Shown here one piece after another: positions 39,087 through 49,744 of a stretch of 64,000 bases of DNA. The position numbers were made by a program, and so were the translations under genes. The notes beneath the pieces are model-generated. The model did no database searches and was not told where the DNA came from. It worked only from the letters and a program-made list of their open reading frames with translations. Source of the DNA: Podarcis gaigeae (Eukaryota); NCBI GenBank assembly GCA_964106915.2, contig OZ066916.1. One strand, 5' to 3'. How positions within the stretch are numbered: the stretch's first letter is position 1; every line of letters starts with the position of its first letter.

Positions 39087-39200
39087 GAAGCTAAGCAGAT
39101 CTGGGTTTGATCAGTGCTTGGATGGGCAACCCTATATATACTGTCTTGAATGTACATGGAAGAAAGGTGGAGTGTAAAGAGTGGGATATAAATTAAATAT
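39087..39200 (+). mobile_element. 5S rRNA-derived SINE (SINE3-like) remnant
   Basis: gaagctaagcagatctgggtttgatcagtgcttggatgggcaacc resembles the 5S internal promoter (A box to C box); a degenerate minus-strand copy lies near 28295-28345. Confidence 0.55.
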
Positions 39201-41462
39201 ATAAATCCTGGTTTCCTTCAGCGAACAGTATAGCATCTTGTGCAGGGAAAATATTTTTAAGGCCCATGTCCCTCATACTTTCCCCTTCTAGTATCTTTTA
39301 AGAGCTTTGTATAGAAGTGGTGTGTGTGTGTGTTTTTGCCTGAAGACCAGATGGAGTCTTTGTGATGGCAATATAATCTGACATAGAGTTCATGTACCAG
39401 CTTTGAGGAGCTTTGCATTTGACATTGCAACGTTTTGCATCTTTGGCCATTTCCTCCCCTGCTTTCTCAAGGGCATTTCATACACTGTATGAAACCTAAG
39501 TTTGCCCGACAAAGGTATACTTGGCAGGGAGTCATAACTCCCTGTCAGGTGCACCTGTATAATACCTGTGCTTTTCATTTGCAGGTTACATTTTTGGATG
39601 TGCACCTAAATGAAATGTGTGAAGTGGCTCTCGCAAGCAACTGAAAAGATAAGAGTAGGAGAAAGTTATGTTAGAGCTGGTCCTTATATTGAACAGACTG
39701 ATCACATGTGGCAGTAGCTTATAAAGTTGAGTGTGCTGGAATATATCCTTTTCCAGTCCTTCCAGCACTTTTGGGTACAACTGGAATTTTCTTCCCTGCC
39801 TTGTCATGTTACTTCTATCAGGGCAAGACAGCCATAGCAGTCAGGAGCTGGTCAAATCCTCTTGTCCATTGTCCCTTCCTCTCTACAAGAGTGATGGGAC
39901 ATACTAAATATTTCTTTTGGAATGTTAATAGTTTACGAGGAACTTTTAAAAAGTAACACTTTTCAGAATATTATTGGAAGAATTGGCTAAAATGGATACA
40001 TTTTAAGATTGCATTCCATGTTATGCAGCAATTGTTGTTTCACACCAAAATTATCGGGATGGAGAGAGAGAAATCTGACGCAAACCTTTTAATAAATTTG
40101 ATTTCTGTTTAAACCAATGCATACAACCCAAAAGATTGTAATCTGATCGAGGTGTTCTGGAGAGTTAGGAAGGTCTTCACTTGTTGAATGTTTACTCTGT
40201 CTTTATAAATGGCTAACTGAAAGAGGCATTGAAATAGTGTGTTAAGATGAAATGGATAAAAATATTAGAAGATGCTTGTATTTCCAGTGTTTTGTTAAAA
40301 TAGTGCTCAATGAGCTCATGTCATAACCATTGTTCTTGTCATTTCAGGTCCGTTTCTCTTTTCTTTTGTCTCCATTTGGTCTTCTGTTCTAATTTTCCCT
40401 ACCCCTCTCAGTCTGTGTTTTTATCCTCTCCTGTTATTTAGCAGAGGAGGGTTTTAAGCTCTTGCTATTTGTTGTAGATACAATTTTTTGTATTATTGTG
40501 GAATTGCATGGGGATACATAGGGTTGAAAAGGCACTGTAATCTTTACTGGAAAAGGGTGATATTTTTTAATTTTGCATTTGTTTATAAATGCATTATTTG
40601 GGTACTGTAACTTTGGTAATTGTTTCTGAATTTATTACTTGCCTTTAAAAATGTTATTTGAGGATTGCTTTTGTTTTATTTTTATTTTTATTTTCTTCCA
40701 AGTTTTAATAAAAATATATAGTCAGGTGCATGGATTTCCTAACCATGCAAAGCCTGCATGATGATCTCAGTTCTGCAGAGAAAATGGTACACTTATCTGA
40801 CCACCTGCAGTATTTTTAATGGCCTTTGTTTTGTTTTTCTTTTCTAAATATGCCATTCAGACCTGGGTTTCCATTGTAATTCTGAACCTTGCCCTGACCT
40901 GCCTCTCCTGTTATGTGCCCTGTGTAATAGATTGTGAAGAAGGTACCTAGAAAGCATTAAATGGTTTCCTTTCAAAAATGTGGTTTGTCCAAAATTTTGA
41001 CTGTCTACATGATTGAGATGGGGTCAGTTGCCCTATTTTCCTTGATGGTTTGGAATTGTAAGAGTTGTCCAGGTGTTGCTTATTAAAGTTTTGGCAAACT
41101 AGAGAAACTGTGAGTTGATTTTGGTGTTTTGTCTCACACTGAGAATATTGAATGTTTGTGTGTTTTAGTATGCAATGTATAGCCTCAATATTCGTAACAG
41201 ATTGTTTTATTCTTATTTGCATATCTAGGTGCCTCTTGTTCTTTCTGATGCACACTTGCTGTCATTCCTGCAGCATGATGCTGGACCAGAAACCTTGTAA
41301 TAATGTTCTGCTATAACCAAATTTTAGATAACAGCCAGTTTCCTCTGGATAGTTGATGAAGATATCCCAATGGGATTTGTTTTTCTTTACATACTAAAAA
41401 GTAGATAAGCAAGGAACAGCAGTGTTTCCTCAAAGAAAGCCTTCATTTTTTCCTTTTCTGTA

Positions 41463-41472
41463 AATAAATAAA
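41463..41472 (+). terminator. Tandem polyadenylation signals (AATAAATAAA), candidate distal TULP4 PAS
   Basis: Two overlapping AATAAA after a U-rich tract, with GT-rich sequence downstream. Confidence 0.6.
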
Positions 41473-41802
41473 GTACTGGGGTGCAAGATTGTTACCTGCT
41501 TTTAGTGGGCAACCTTTCTGGATGCAGATGCAACACATATTTCTCAAGTGGAACCAGTACAGTCCATATGCTGTTGCCTCTGAATCACCGTAGTGAAGCC
41601 CTACTTTGGATGCCATTGGAAAGGAGCCCTTTTAAAACTCTGACACACAAACACACACACTCCAGAAACATAACTATGTAAGGCTGATGCCTTAGAGTTG
41701 ATAAAAATCCCAGATCATTGGATTGAGGTGCCAGCAACAGCAAGGTCTCAGTTCTCCAGACTCTGTCAAACAGCAAGACTGACACAGCACTTGGTACTGC
41801 AG

Positions 41803-42318
41803 CAGGGGCGCCGACTTATAAAAAATATTGGGGGGGCGGGGGCCCATACCGACTTATAAAAAATATTGGGGGGGGCCAAGACCTCCAAACCGCTGCTGCT
41901 GGGGGAACGAAAGGGGCGAGCCCCGGGCTGCCCCGACCTTAAGTGAACCTGTGAGGGCCCGCCCTTTGCGGCAGCCGATTGGCTGCCGCCGTGGGCGGTG
42001 AATATTAATGAGCTAGGGGGAATCCCCGCTTCTCGCGGGACTGACGCCAGCCCCGCGAGATTGTTGATGGGTCGAGAGCCCGCAACCCCACCCCCTCTCT
42101 AGATCGGGAGTGGCTTTGTTTTAACTCATTACTGAATGTATTTTAAAAGGTAACTATCGTCAAACAAGGAAAATAAAAAATACCAACATAATTTTGTGAT
42201 TTTACAAAGCATAATATAACTAATAATTTTCTTAAATTATTGGGGGGGGCAGAGCCCCCCCAAACGAATTTTTGAGGGGGCTCGGGCCCCCTCAGGCCCC
42301 ATGGAGTCGGCGCCTATG
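41803..42318. mobile_element. hAT non-autonomous element with CpG-rich interior
   Basis: TIRs caggggcgccgact / agtcggcgcctatg; perfect 8-bp TSD tactgcag (41795-41802 and 42319-42326). Confidence 0.9.
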
Positions 42319-43249
42319 TACTGCAGGGCTTCAAACGAGGGTGGAATTTCAACCCCAATGGGGAACAGGTTTTATTGGCTGCGCTGCTAAGGGTTAGGAA
42401 TTCAATTTATAGCATTCTATGCTTTCAATTGTGGGCACATAAGCAGCGGCTTGAGTGATAGGCCACAGGTTCTGATTTTGCTCTCAATGCAAGCCAACTA
42501 TTTGGAGTGGTAGGATTCTACCACTTGGGTCAGACTTGAAATGTAGGTGGAGCCAGAATTTTATAGTTTGACACGACAAATTCATGGAGGATGAAGCTTT
42601 ATTCTAATTCCACTATTGAAGGAAATATGCCTTTGTACCAGTAGCTGGGAACCACTCAGGCCCTGCTTTTGGGCTTCCTGTGGGCATCTGGTTGACCATT
42701 TTGAAAACAGAAATACTAGGTGGGCCTTTAGTTTGATTCAGTGGGTCTCTTATGTTCTCCCCCCCCCCCTCCACACACCAGTTTCAAGAACTGCCCATTT
42801 CTCACTTGCTTGGTCTTTGCTTGGAAACTGATGCTTTAAAATTGACAGGCAGCTGTAGGTATTGTTTCTATGCCGCCTTAATGTGTTCCTCAAAGCAGAA
42901 TCAAGCTTCATGTTCTGAACTGTCTGAAGGTTGCTGAAAGGTGATATACCAGTAGCACTGACGCTTCCTTGGTTTGCAGGAACCAAACATATATCGGGCA
43001 AAATACCAGATGATGGAGAAACCGCTCTGGTTGCGAGGAATACCGAGTTGCCAAATGAGGGCCTCTGCCCCACCTCAAACCATGCCATGTGTAAACGTCC
43101 CTGAAAAACATCACGGGACCAGTTTCCCAGGGGCCATTTTGCCACCAGTCCCCGGTGGCGCTGTCCATGGTGCTGATTCTTTTCCAGCTCCACCTGGTCC
43201 GTGGACCATGGGGATTTTATCTAGTTAAAAACAACCACCACCACCATAC

Positions 43250-43830
43250 ATTAACGGCCAGCCTCGCCTTGCCTACTCTTTACGCGCATTTAATAACAGA
43301 AGCCCTCCGCGTCCCCTTAGAAAATGTATGGGGCTTCAGCAGCCAAAGCAGAGCTGGAGCCGCCGCCGCCGCCCACAAAACTCCCTTCGGCGCCCAGTGG
43401 CGGCGCTCTGCCGAGAAAGGAAGAGAGGAAAGCGGAGGGTCGCTTCAAGCGGCGGCCTCTCGGCCATTGCAGCTCTCTCCCCCTCGGCAGCCCGGCTCAG
43501 CGCCGAGAGCTCCAGACCGAGGCCCAGGCGCCACCGGGGTCTCCATGGCCGAGCGCGGGAGGCGGCGGCGGGCTTAGAGCGGGGCCCCCGGGGGTTGCTG
43601 CTGTCTCCGCGGCCGCTGGCTGGGTGAGGAGGGGCTGGCGCGATGTCCGGGTGTGGGATGGAGGCGGATTACCCCGCCTTTGAGAACCCGCTCTGCGGCG
43701 AGCTCAAGCACATTTGCAAAAGGATCAGAGAGACCTACAAGGAGATCAAAGAGGACCTGACCCCTTACAAAGATGATCGCTACTACAGGTAAGAGCAGCG
43801 GAGGCGAAGGGAGCAGCGCGCGGAGGGATG
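43250..43830 (+). promoter_or_regulatory. TMEM181: CpG island / upstream promoter of TMEM181 (exon 1a)
   Basis: High GC and CpG density, a (GCC)n run, and overlap with the first coding exon. Confidence 0.85.
43643..43788 (+). CDS. TMEM181: TMEM181 alternative first coding exon 1a
   Basis: MSGCGMEADYPAFENPLCGELKHICKRIRETYKEIKEDLTPYKDDRYY(R) |gtaaga; phase 2 joins exon 2; second in-frame ATG at 43658; in-frame TGA at 43625-27 upstream; resembles the long vertebrate TMEM181 N-terminus (...KDDRYYRLAPMR). Confidence 0.88.
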
Positions 43831-45379
43831 GAGAGGGAAAGAGAGGCCTCTTTATTTTCTAGGGAAATAGCTGTTTGCATCAGCGGTCTGGCCAAGCCCT
43901 GTTAAAAATGCTTCTTTAAATACAGCACGTAGGATTCAGAAGCAGCTATTCATTTATGAGCAATCCCAAGGGGAATCCTTATTTGCACGCACTTTGGGGG
44001 ACGTGATTTGCAGAGTGAAGCCTTCCCTCCCACCCCTACTTCTCCTCCTCCTTCTGGCCGGCTGCGGCAGCCTTTTCCCTCCCGCGCCGCCGCTTTCTCA
44101 GTACCAAGGATGGAGATGGTCCAGCGTTTCAATATGGCTGCTGGGAAAAGGTTACCTTCTTCCAGCGGAGCTACCCTTTTTGTTTCTTTTGCGATGAGGT
44201 TTTGATGAGTCACTTCAGAGAGTCCCTGAAAGGGAACGAGTTGTTTGTGTAAGGAAAAGGGGGAAAGGGAAAGAGTTGCTTGAGTAACCTTCCTGATGGC
44301 ATTTTCTAAATGTGGAATCTGGGTCTGGGATTCTTCTCGACTCTGATCATATTCCACCACCACCCTGCCCGGAAAAGCTGAGAGGGATTTCCCCCACCCC
44401 ATCACCGCCGAAAGAGCCCATGATCCTCTTGTAGTTACATGGGGTTGTAATGTAAATAATCAGGGCTCCACCTTCTCTCCCATGAGTCCTCAGGATCTAA
44501 GAGCTGTGGGTTCTTTGCTCATTCTTCCCCAAACCTTCTCCTGCCCATATTCAGGTTTTCCCCCACCTAATAGCTTATTTCCCTTTCATATGAAGAAGAA
44601 AACTACCTTTCCAAAATTTTCAGAGTTCGACAAAATCGCAGGAGCAAGGTGTCCCCCTGAGCCACAAGCCACGGAATGTCCTCCGTGTGGAACTCCATGA
44701 AATAGATGGTTCCTATGGTCAGGGGTCCCTTTACCGTTACCTATGCATAATGCATGCATTACTAACTAAAGTCTTTGCGGAATTTTATTTTTCCATGTGG
44801 TTCAGGTTCCAGCAACTCTAGCCATAAAGAAATACAATTAAAAAACAACAGCCCTCCTTGTAATACTGGATGAAATCCAGCTCCGCTAAATCCAGTGAGA
44901 GGTTTGCTGTTGACTTCAACAAAATGAGAATTGCATCCTTTACCTACAGTCTTAGCTCTTATCCCTTGATGAAAGCCACATCTCTGTACATATTTACTCA
45001 GAAGCTAAGTATCACTGTGCTTAATAGGGATTGTATTGCAAATTACGGGTCTGCTGTATAATAAAAACGGAGGTGCAAACCTTAAGAAGTATTATAAAAT
45101 TAGAAATTAAGTAATTACCAGGTCCAATCTTATGAGCTAGGAAAAGCCTGCTTCTATCTGAATCACTGGTGGGTGGCACGTCACATTTTGCCTTTTGTAC
45201 CGTTAGGACAGATAAAGGCTATTGGAGGGTTAATTATTAAAACGAACTAATTTTTTTAAAGTATGTGTATTTGTGGGGAAATAGAAGGTAAGATTTGAGT
45301 GGCGTTGCTGAGAACTAAATATATGCCTCTCTTTCCATGGGAGATAGCTCTGTGTGCGTATTTGTGATTGAGAGACTTG

Positions 45380-45960
45380 AAAACTACAATTCCCATGTCT
45401 CCTTGCGAGGCGCACTGCCATGGAACTAACTGCCCTGAGGTAGTTTCGCCCCTGGCGGCTTTCAAACTGACAGCCGTTCGCAGAAGGAGCAACGCGCAGG
45501 CGCACACCCTCGGTGCCTACGGGCACACTATACTGACAGGCGCTCAGAGGGTGTTTTCCGAGATGTTGCGGCCCCGCCCCTCCGGTCACGGCCCCGCCCC
45601 CTACAGCACCCGAGAGGCGGAGCTGGCACGTTGGGTGACGCACGCGGAAGTGATGTGTGCAGCTGGCGCTGCCACGGAGCTTGGCGGGCGGGCAGCTGCC
45701 GCTTAGCTTGGGAGAGACCCGCTGCCGGAGTGGAGGCAGCGCGGCGCGCATGCGCAGCATGGATATGGATCTGTGAGTTTTGGGGGTAGCGGGACCTGCG
45801 CTGAGGGGTGGGGGGTGCGCGGTAGTTGCGCAGGCCGCGGAGGGAACACTGGCTGACCTGAGCCTATTCCTCTAGCCGGACCACACGGGTACTGAGCGAG
45901 TGTTGCCCCGCCCCACCCGGCGTAATAAGCCGGAGCGTGTAGTGCTTTAGGCACAGATTT
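45380..45960 (+). promoter_or_regulatory. TMEM181: Second CpG island / housekeeping-type promoter of TMEM181 (exon 1b)
   Basis: ZNF143/THAP11 motif ACTACAATTCCCA (45383-95), NRF1-like sites (45493-504, 45745-56), two GC boxes (~45570-45600), half-CRE GTGACGCA (45635-42), ETS site CGGAAGTG (45645-52). Confidence 0.85.
45750..45772 (+). CDS. TMEM181: TMEM181 alternative first coding exon 1b (very short)
   Basis: ATG CGC AGC ATG GAT ATG GAT CT|gtgagt; three in-frame ATGs (45750, 45759, 45765); phase 2 gives M(RSM)DMDL-LAPMR, analogous to the short mammalian MEPLAPMR start (recall). Confidence 0.8.
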
Positions 45961-46651
45961 GGAGGAGGAAAACGCTCCTCTTTCCCTGCCTTGTGGGGCT
46001 GTCAAGAATTGGGGGGGGGGGGCTTAGGCTGTACGAGGAACTCTGTCTAACCCAGCGACCTGCTAATAAGTGTCCCAGAAGCTCCCAAGCAGAGCAGAAT
46101 GGGAACAGCTCCCTCACTACCTCCCCATTTTATCTAAATCAGAGCAAGCTGGGAAGGCAGCAGTTCCCCTGAACATACACAGACTGCTTGCTTACTATGG
46201 AATAGTCGCCGCCACCCCCTTTGCCTTCATAATTAGTGTCAGAGCCTTGGGTCAGCAGGTGACAGGTGTCAGGTGAATATGACACAGACTTTGAGCCGCA
46301 GCCCCGTTCATTTTAGAAACAAATCATTTGAGGAATGGATCCTTCTTTCCTCTAGCTCCTTTATCGCTTAGTGATTGTGAGAGGCAGGGAGAGATGTCTG
46401 AGCATGTGTGTCATATTTGTACCACTCATTAAGGCCTTTTGTGCATTTGGTGAGCTGGGTAGTGTAAACTTATTTTTGACAGAAATGCTCAGAAATGCTC
46501 ACATCGTCCCCAAAGCCATGCCAATGTAAAGGCTGGAGTCTGGACAGTGTTGGCTCGAGTTACATTGACATACAAAAGCTAGCTCAAATGTTACAGTGAA
46601 GCAAGATAAGACATTTTCAGGTACCACATGTCTTAACATAGGTATCACACA

Positions 46652-47131
46652 TGGAGTCCTGTGTTCAGCTCAGGGTGCTACAATTTAAGGATATTGACAA
46701 GCTGGAATGTGTGCAAAGGAGGGTGACCAAGATGCTAAAGGGTCTGGAAACCAAGCCTTATGAGGAACAGTTGATTGAATTGGGTTTGTTTACCCTGGAA
46801 AAGAGGGGACTGAGATACGATGCACATCTTCAAATATGTAAAGGGCTGTCACATGGAGGATGGAGCAAGCTTATTTTCTCCTGCTCCAGAGGGCAGTACC
46901 TGAACCAGTGGCTTCAAGTTACAAGAAAGGAGAGTCAGTCTAAACACGGGAAGAACAGTATTCTGGAACAAACTCCTACAAGAGGTGGTGGACTCTACTT
47001 CATTGGAGATTTTTAAGCAGAGGTTGGATGGCCATCTGTCATGTATAATCTAGTTGAGATTCCTGCATTGCAGGAGGTTGGACTAGATGACCCTTACGAG
47101 TCCCTTCCAACTCTGTACTTCTATGATTCTA
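46652..47131 (+). mobile_element. CR1 LINE 3' fragment
   Basis: ORF2 C-terminal remnant DIDKLECVQRRVTKMLKGLETKPYEEQLIELGLFTLEKRGL; ends cccttccaactct...ctatgattctat. Confidence 0.9.
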
Positions 47132-48010
47132 TAACTTCTGCTATTGCATTTAAAGTGGACTTTTATTGGTGATGAGATCCAGGAGTTTAAAAAGTAGCTG
47201 AGACCCTCTAGATCTTCCTGAAAACTTCCCTCAAGCTCCAATTCACACACGTTAAAGAGAAGTGCTGTTCTTTTGCACTGCTTGTTTCTTTAAATGTATG
47301 AACTGTCTATGAGATAGTTTGAAACTAACTCTTAGTAGGACTGCTGTGGTATTTACAATGTTTGCAAATGTCTTAGGAAAGATCTGTTTAATAAGCCGAG
47401 TTCAGGGTGCTTCTGATTTCTGCTTCTCCTCATACTTCATACAAGTTTAATAAATTTAACAAATACCTATTTTCTGCTTGTGACCTTTAGAGAGAACGGA
47501 ATTATTTCTCTGCCTAATTATCAGAAGCAACTTTATAAAATGTGTGGACAAAAGTTCACAAAACTGGTTTTGGCTCTAAAGTTCTTAAAACAAACACACA
47601 CAAGCTATGATTCAAGGCCACTACATCATTTCCTTGCTCTCCTTTCAAGGAAACTGACTCTCTTTTTTGTGTTTCCTGCTGAGGACCTGAAGGCTGATTC
47701 CTCTGTAGAAAAGTCAACTTAAATGTTGGGTTGCTTCTCTATTGCATACTGAATCTCTGCCATAGCAAGCAAGTTAACCAGTGTCTCAAAATGACCATGG
47801 CTGTAAGAGGTGGTATTACTTTCTGTCCGCAACAGATTTTCACAATGGCTGCTTGAAAACCAGTGCCATGAATAAAGTAGATAAGTTTTAGACAACACGC
47901 TGGACAGAAAACTCATGGTACCTGACATGTTCTTCAGGAATTGAGTAATATTTTAGCATTTATATAGTGTTTTTAACGTGTTGAAAGAGCTTTACGGTAC
48001 TTTAAATATT

Positions 48011-48217
48011 GCATAGTGGGTAAGAGAATCTGAGCTACAAACCAGGAAATTCCAGGTTCGTAGCTCACCTTGGTCATAAGCCACTCTCTCTTAGCCTCCA
48101 GCCGCTGCCTGCAATATGGAAGAAAATAATACTGAATTACCCTGCAGGGTTGTTGTAAGGATTTTAACTAGATAAAGCATGTGAAGTGCTTTGAACACTT
48201 GAAAGCACTATACAAAT
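48011..48217 (+). mobile_element. MIR/CORE-like SINE
   Basis: tRNA-like head, core gcagggttgttgtaaggatt, tail gtgaagtgctttgaacacttgaaagcactatacaaat. Confidence 0.7.
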
Positions 48218-48947
48218 TTCTTTATTTTTGCTATTAATAGTAATAGTTCTTGTAGCAACCAGAGGTAGGATTAGATCCACACTTTCTGGTACACAGCTCA
48301 ACCTCTTAGTCACTACGTTTCAGGATATATGCTTTGCTTCAGGATATATGATTTGCTTCACTTGCGATATGCTCATTTTAGTTACATCTCCACCTCTGCA
48401 CATCTTCAAGTAAGTGGAAGAAGATTCAGATATCCAATAATCAGCATGAACAACAGGAAAATCTCTCTGTGTTTCTTTGTTTTACTTTTGGAGAAAGCTT
48501 GGTGGTACTGCAGGAAAAAAGCACAGTAAAACAAATAATGTGAATTGCCTTGAGTCACATCAAGGTGTCATTCTGCACTTTTCATGCAAAGTGCAGCCTG
48601 ACCATAAGCATATGACTCAGAAGAAAACCTCATTGCACTTAATTAAGAATTAAGTATGGGAGGTGTGGCAAAGTGAGGGGGGTGGACTCTAACTGAATAC
48701 TTGTTTGCCAGTGGGGAAACTGACTGCTAGGTCCAGTGATGTGGGGCGGATTTTTTTTTTAAAGGGCACATTTTTCCAATTCTTTGTTTTTCTGTGAAAA
48801 AAGGTTCCATTTGATAATTTCAGTAGTAGCAATGATTGGATGTCAACTGCAAATGCAATATTAGGCAACCTTGGTGCTTTCAAATCTTTAGCTTTGTTTG
48901 CTAAATACAGGTAAAATAAACATTCTAAATTGGATTAGTCTCTAGGG

Positions 48948-49084
48948 CAGTGAAAGCCAAACTCAGCCCTCTAGCTGTTTTGAGACTACAATTCCCATCA
49001 TCCCTGACCACTTAGCTAAGGATAGCTAAGGATGATGGGAGTTGTAGTCCAAAAACAGCTGAGGGCCACGTTTGGCCATCACTG
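48948..49084. mobile_element. Palindromic hAT MITE
   Basis: cagtg...cactg ends, 8-bp TSD ctctaggg (48940-47 and 49085-92), internal hairpin gactacaattcccatcatcc / ggatgatgggagttgtagtc. Confidence 0.9.
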
Positions 49085-49636
49085 CTCTAGGGCATCAAAA
49101 GGTGTTCAGATGCAGATTTTCTTGATTTGAAATTACCAGCCCCCCATCCCACATCACTGGCTAAGTCACGGTCTTAGAACTTCCAGCTACAGTTTTAAGT
49201 CACTAATATTCCTGCTTCTTTATTGCCCATACTAAATTGATCCTGGGACAGGTACGGGTGTACTGTGCGACTCCTGGTTACATGTGCTCCAAGTGAATGC
49301 TAGATCTTTTCCCTTCTTTAAATCTTCTGTTTTCTCTCTCTCCTGCTTCTCTGATGCTGCTGAGTGATGGGGTTAAGACGCCTCTCTCTTTAGGACTGTT
49401 GCATCAGAGGTAAATCAAGGACAGTTAAACCTGTGGATATGTTGTGTTCAGTCTAACATCCTTAGGAACGGTTTTTTCCCCTTTTGGATCAGATGGGATC
49501 GTGGCCTTTTGAGGGTGTTGGTTTTCCCCTCTGTCTTTCACTGCAGCTTGGCTGGCCTGCATGGCTGATCTGGAGCAGCAGTTCTGTAAGCCCTTCTTGC
49601 AGTGTATCTCTGCTCCTCTGCTTTTGTACATTGCAG

Positions 49637-49744
49637 CCTGCATTGCATGGGAGGAAGCAAACCAAAGGCTGCTTGTGGGCTGAGTGGCATTTTGCGCTCT
49701 CTAAACCCCGGCTTTGTCGGTATAAACCGTTTTGCGCCTGCAAG
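49637..49744 (+). CDS. TMEM181: Candidate alternative TMEM181 exon (cassette, or third first exon starting at ATG 49647)
   Basis: Pyrimidine tract plus ttgcag| 108 nt, phase 2-2, open frame (S)LHCMGGSKPKAACGLSGILRSLNPGFVGINRFAPA(R) AAG|gtatga; in frame with exons 1a/1b and exon 2. Confidence 0.55.

Larger units (their letters stand above)
35586..41490 (+). other. TULP4: TULP4 3'UTR (~5.9 kb, distal end inferred)
   Basis: Follows the stop codon; AU/U-rich; ends at tandem AATAAA 41463-41472. Other AATAAA at 37210, 38501, 40091 and 40707 could give shorter forms. Confidence 0.6.

Noticed and set aside
43155-43683. Three long ORFs over the first CpG island
   Set aside because: Stop-poor GC-rich sequence; the frame matching exon 1a is closed by TGA at 43625-27.
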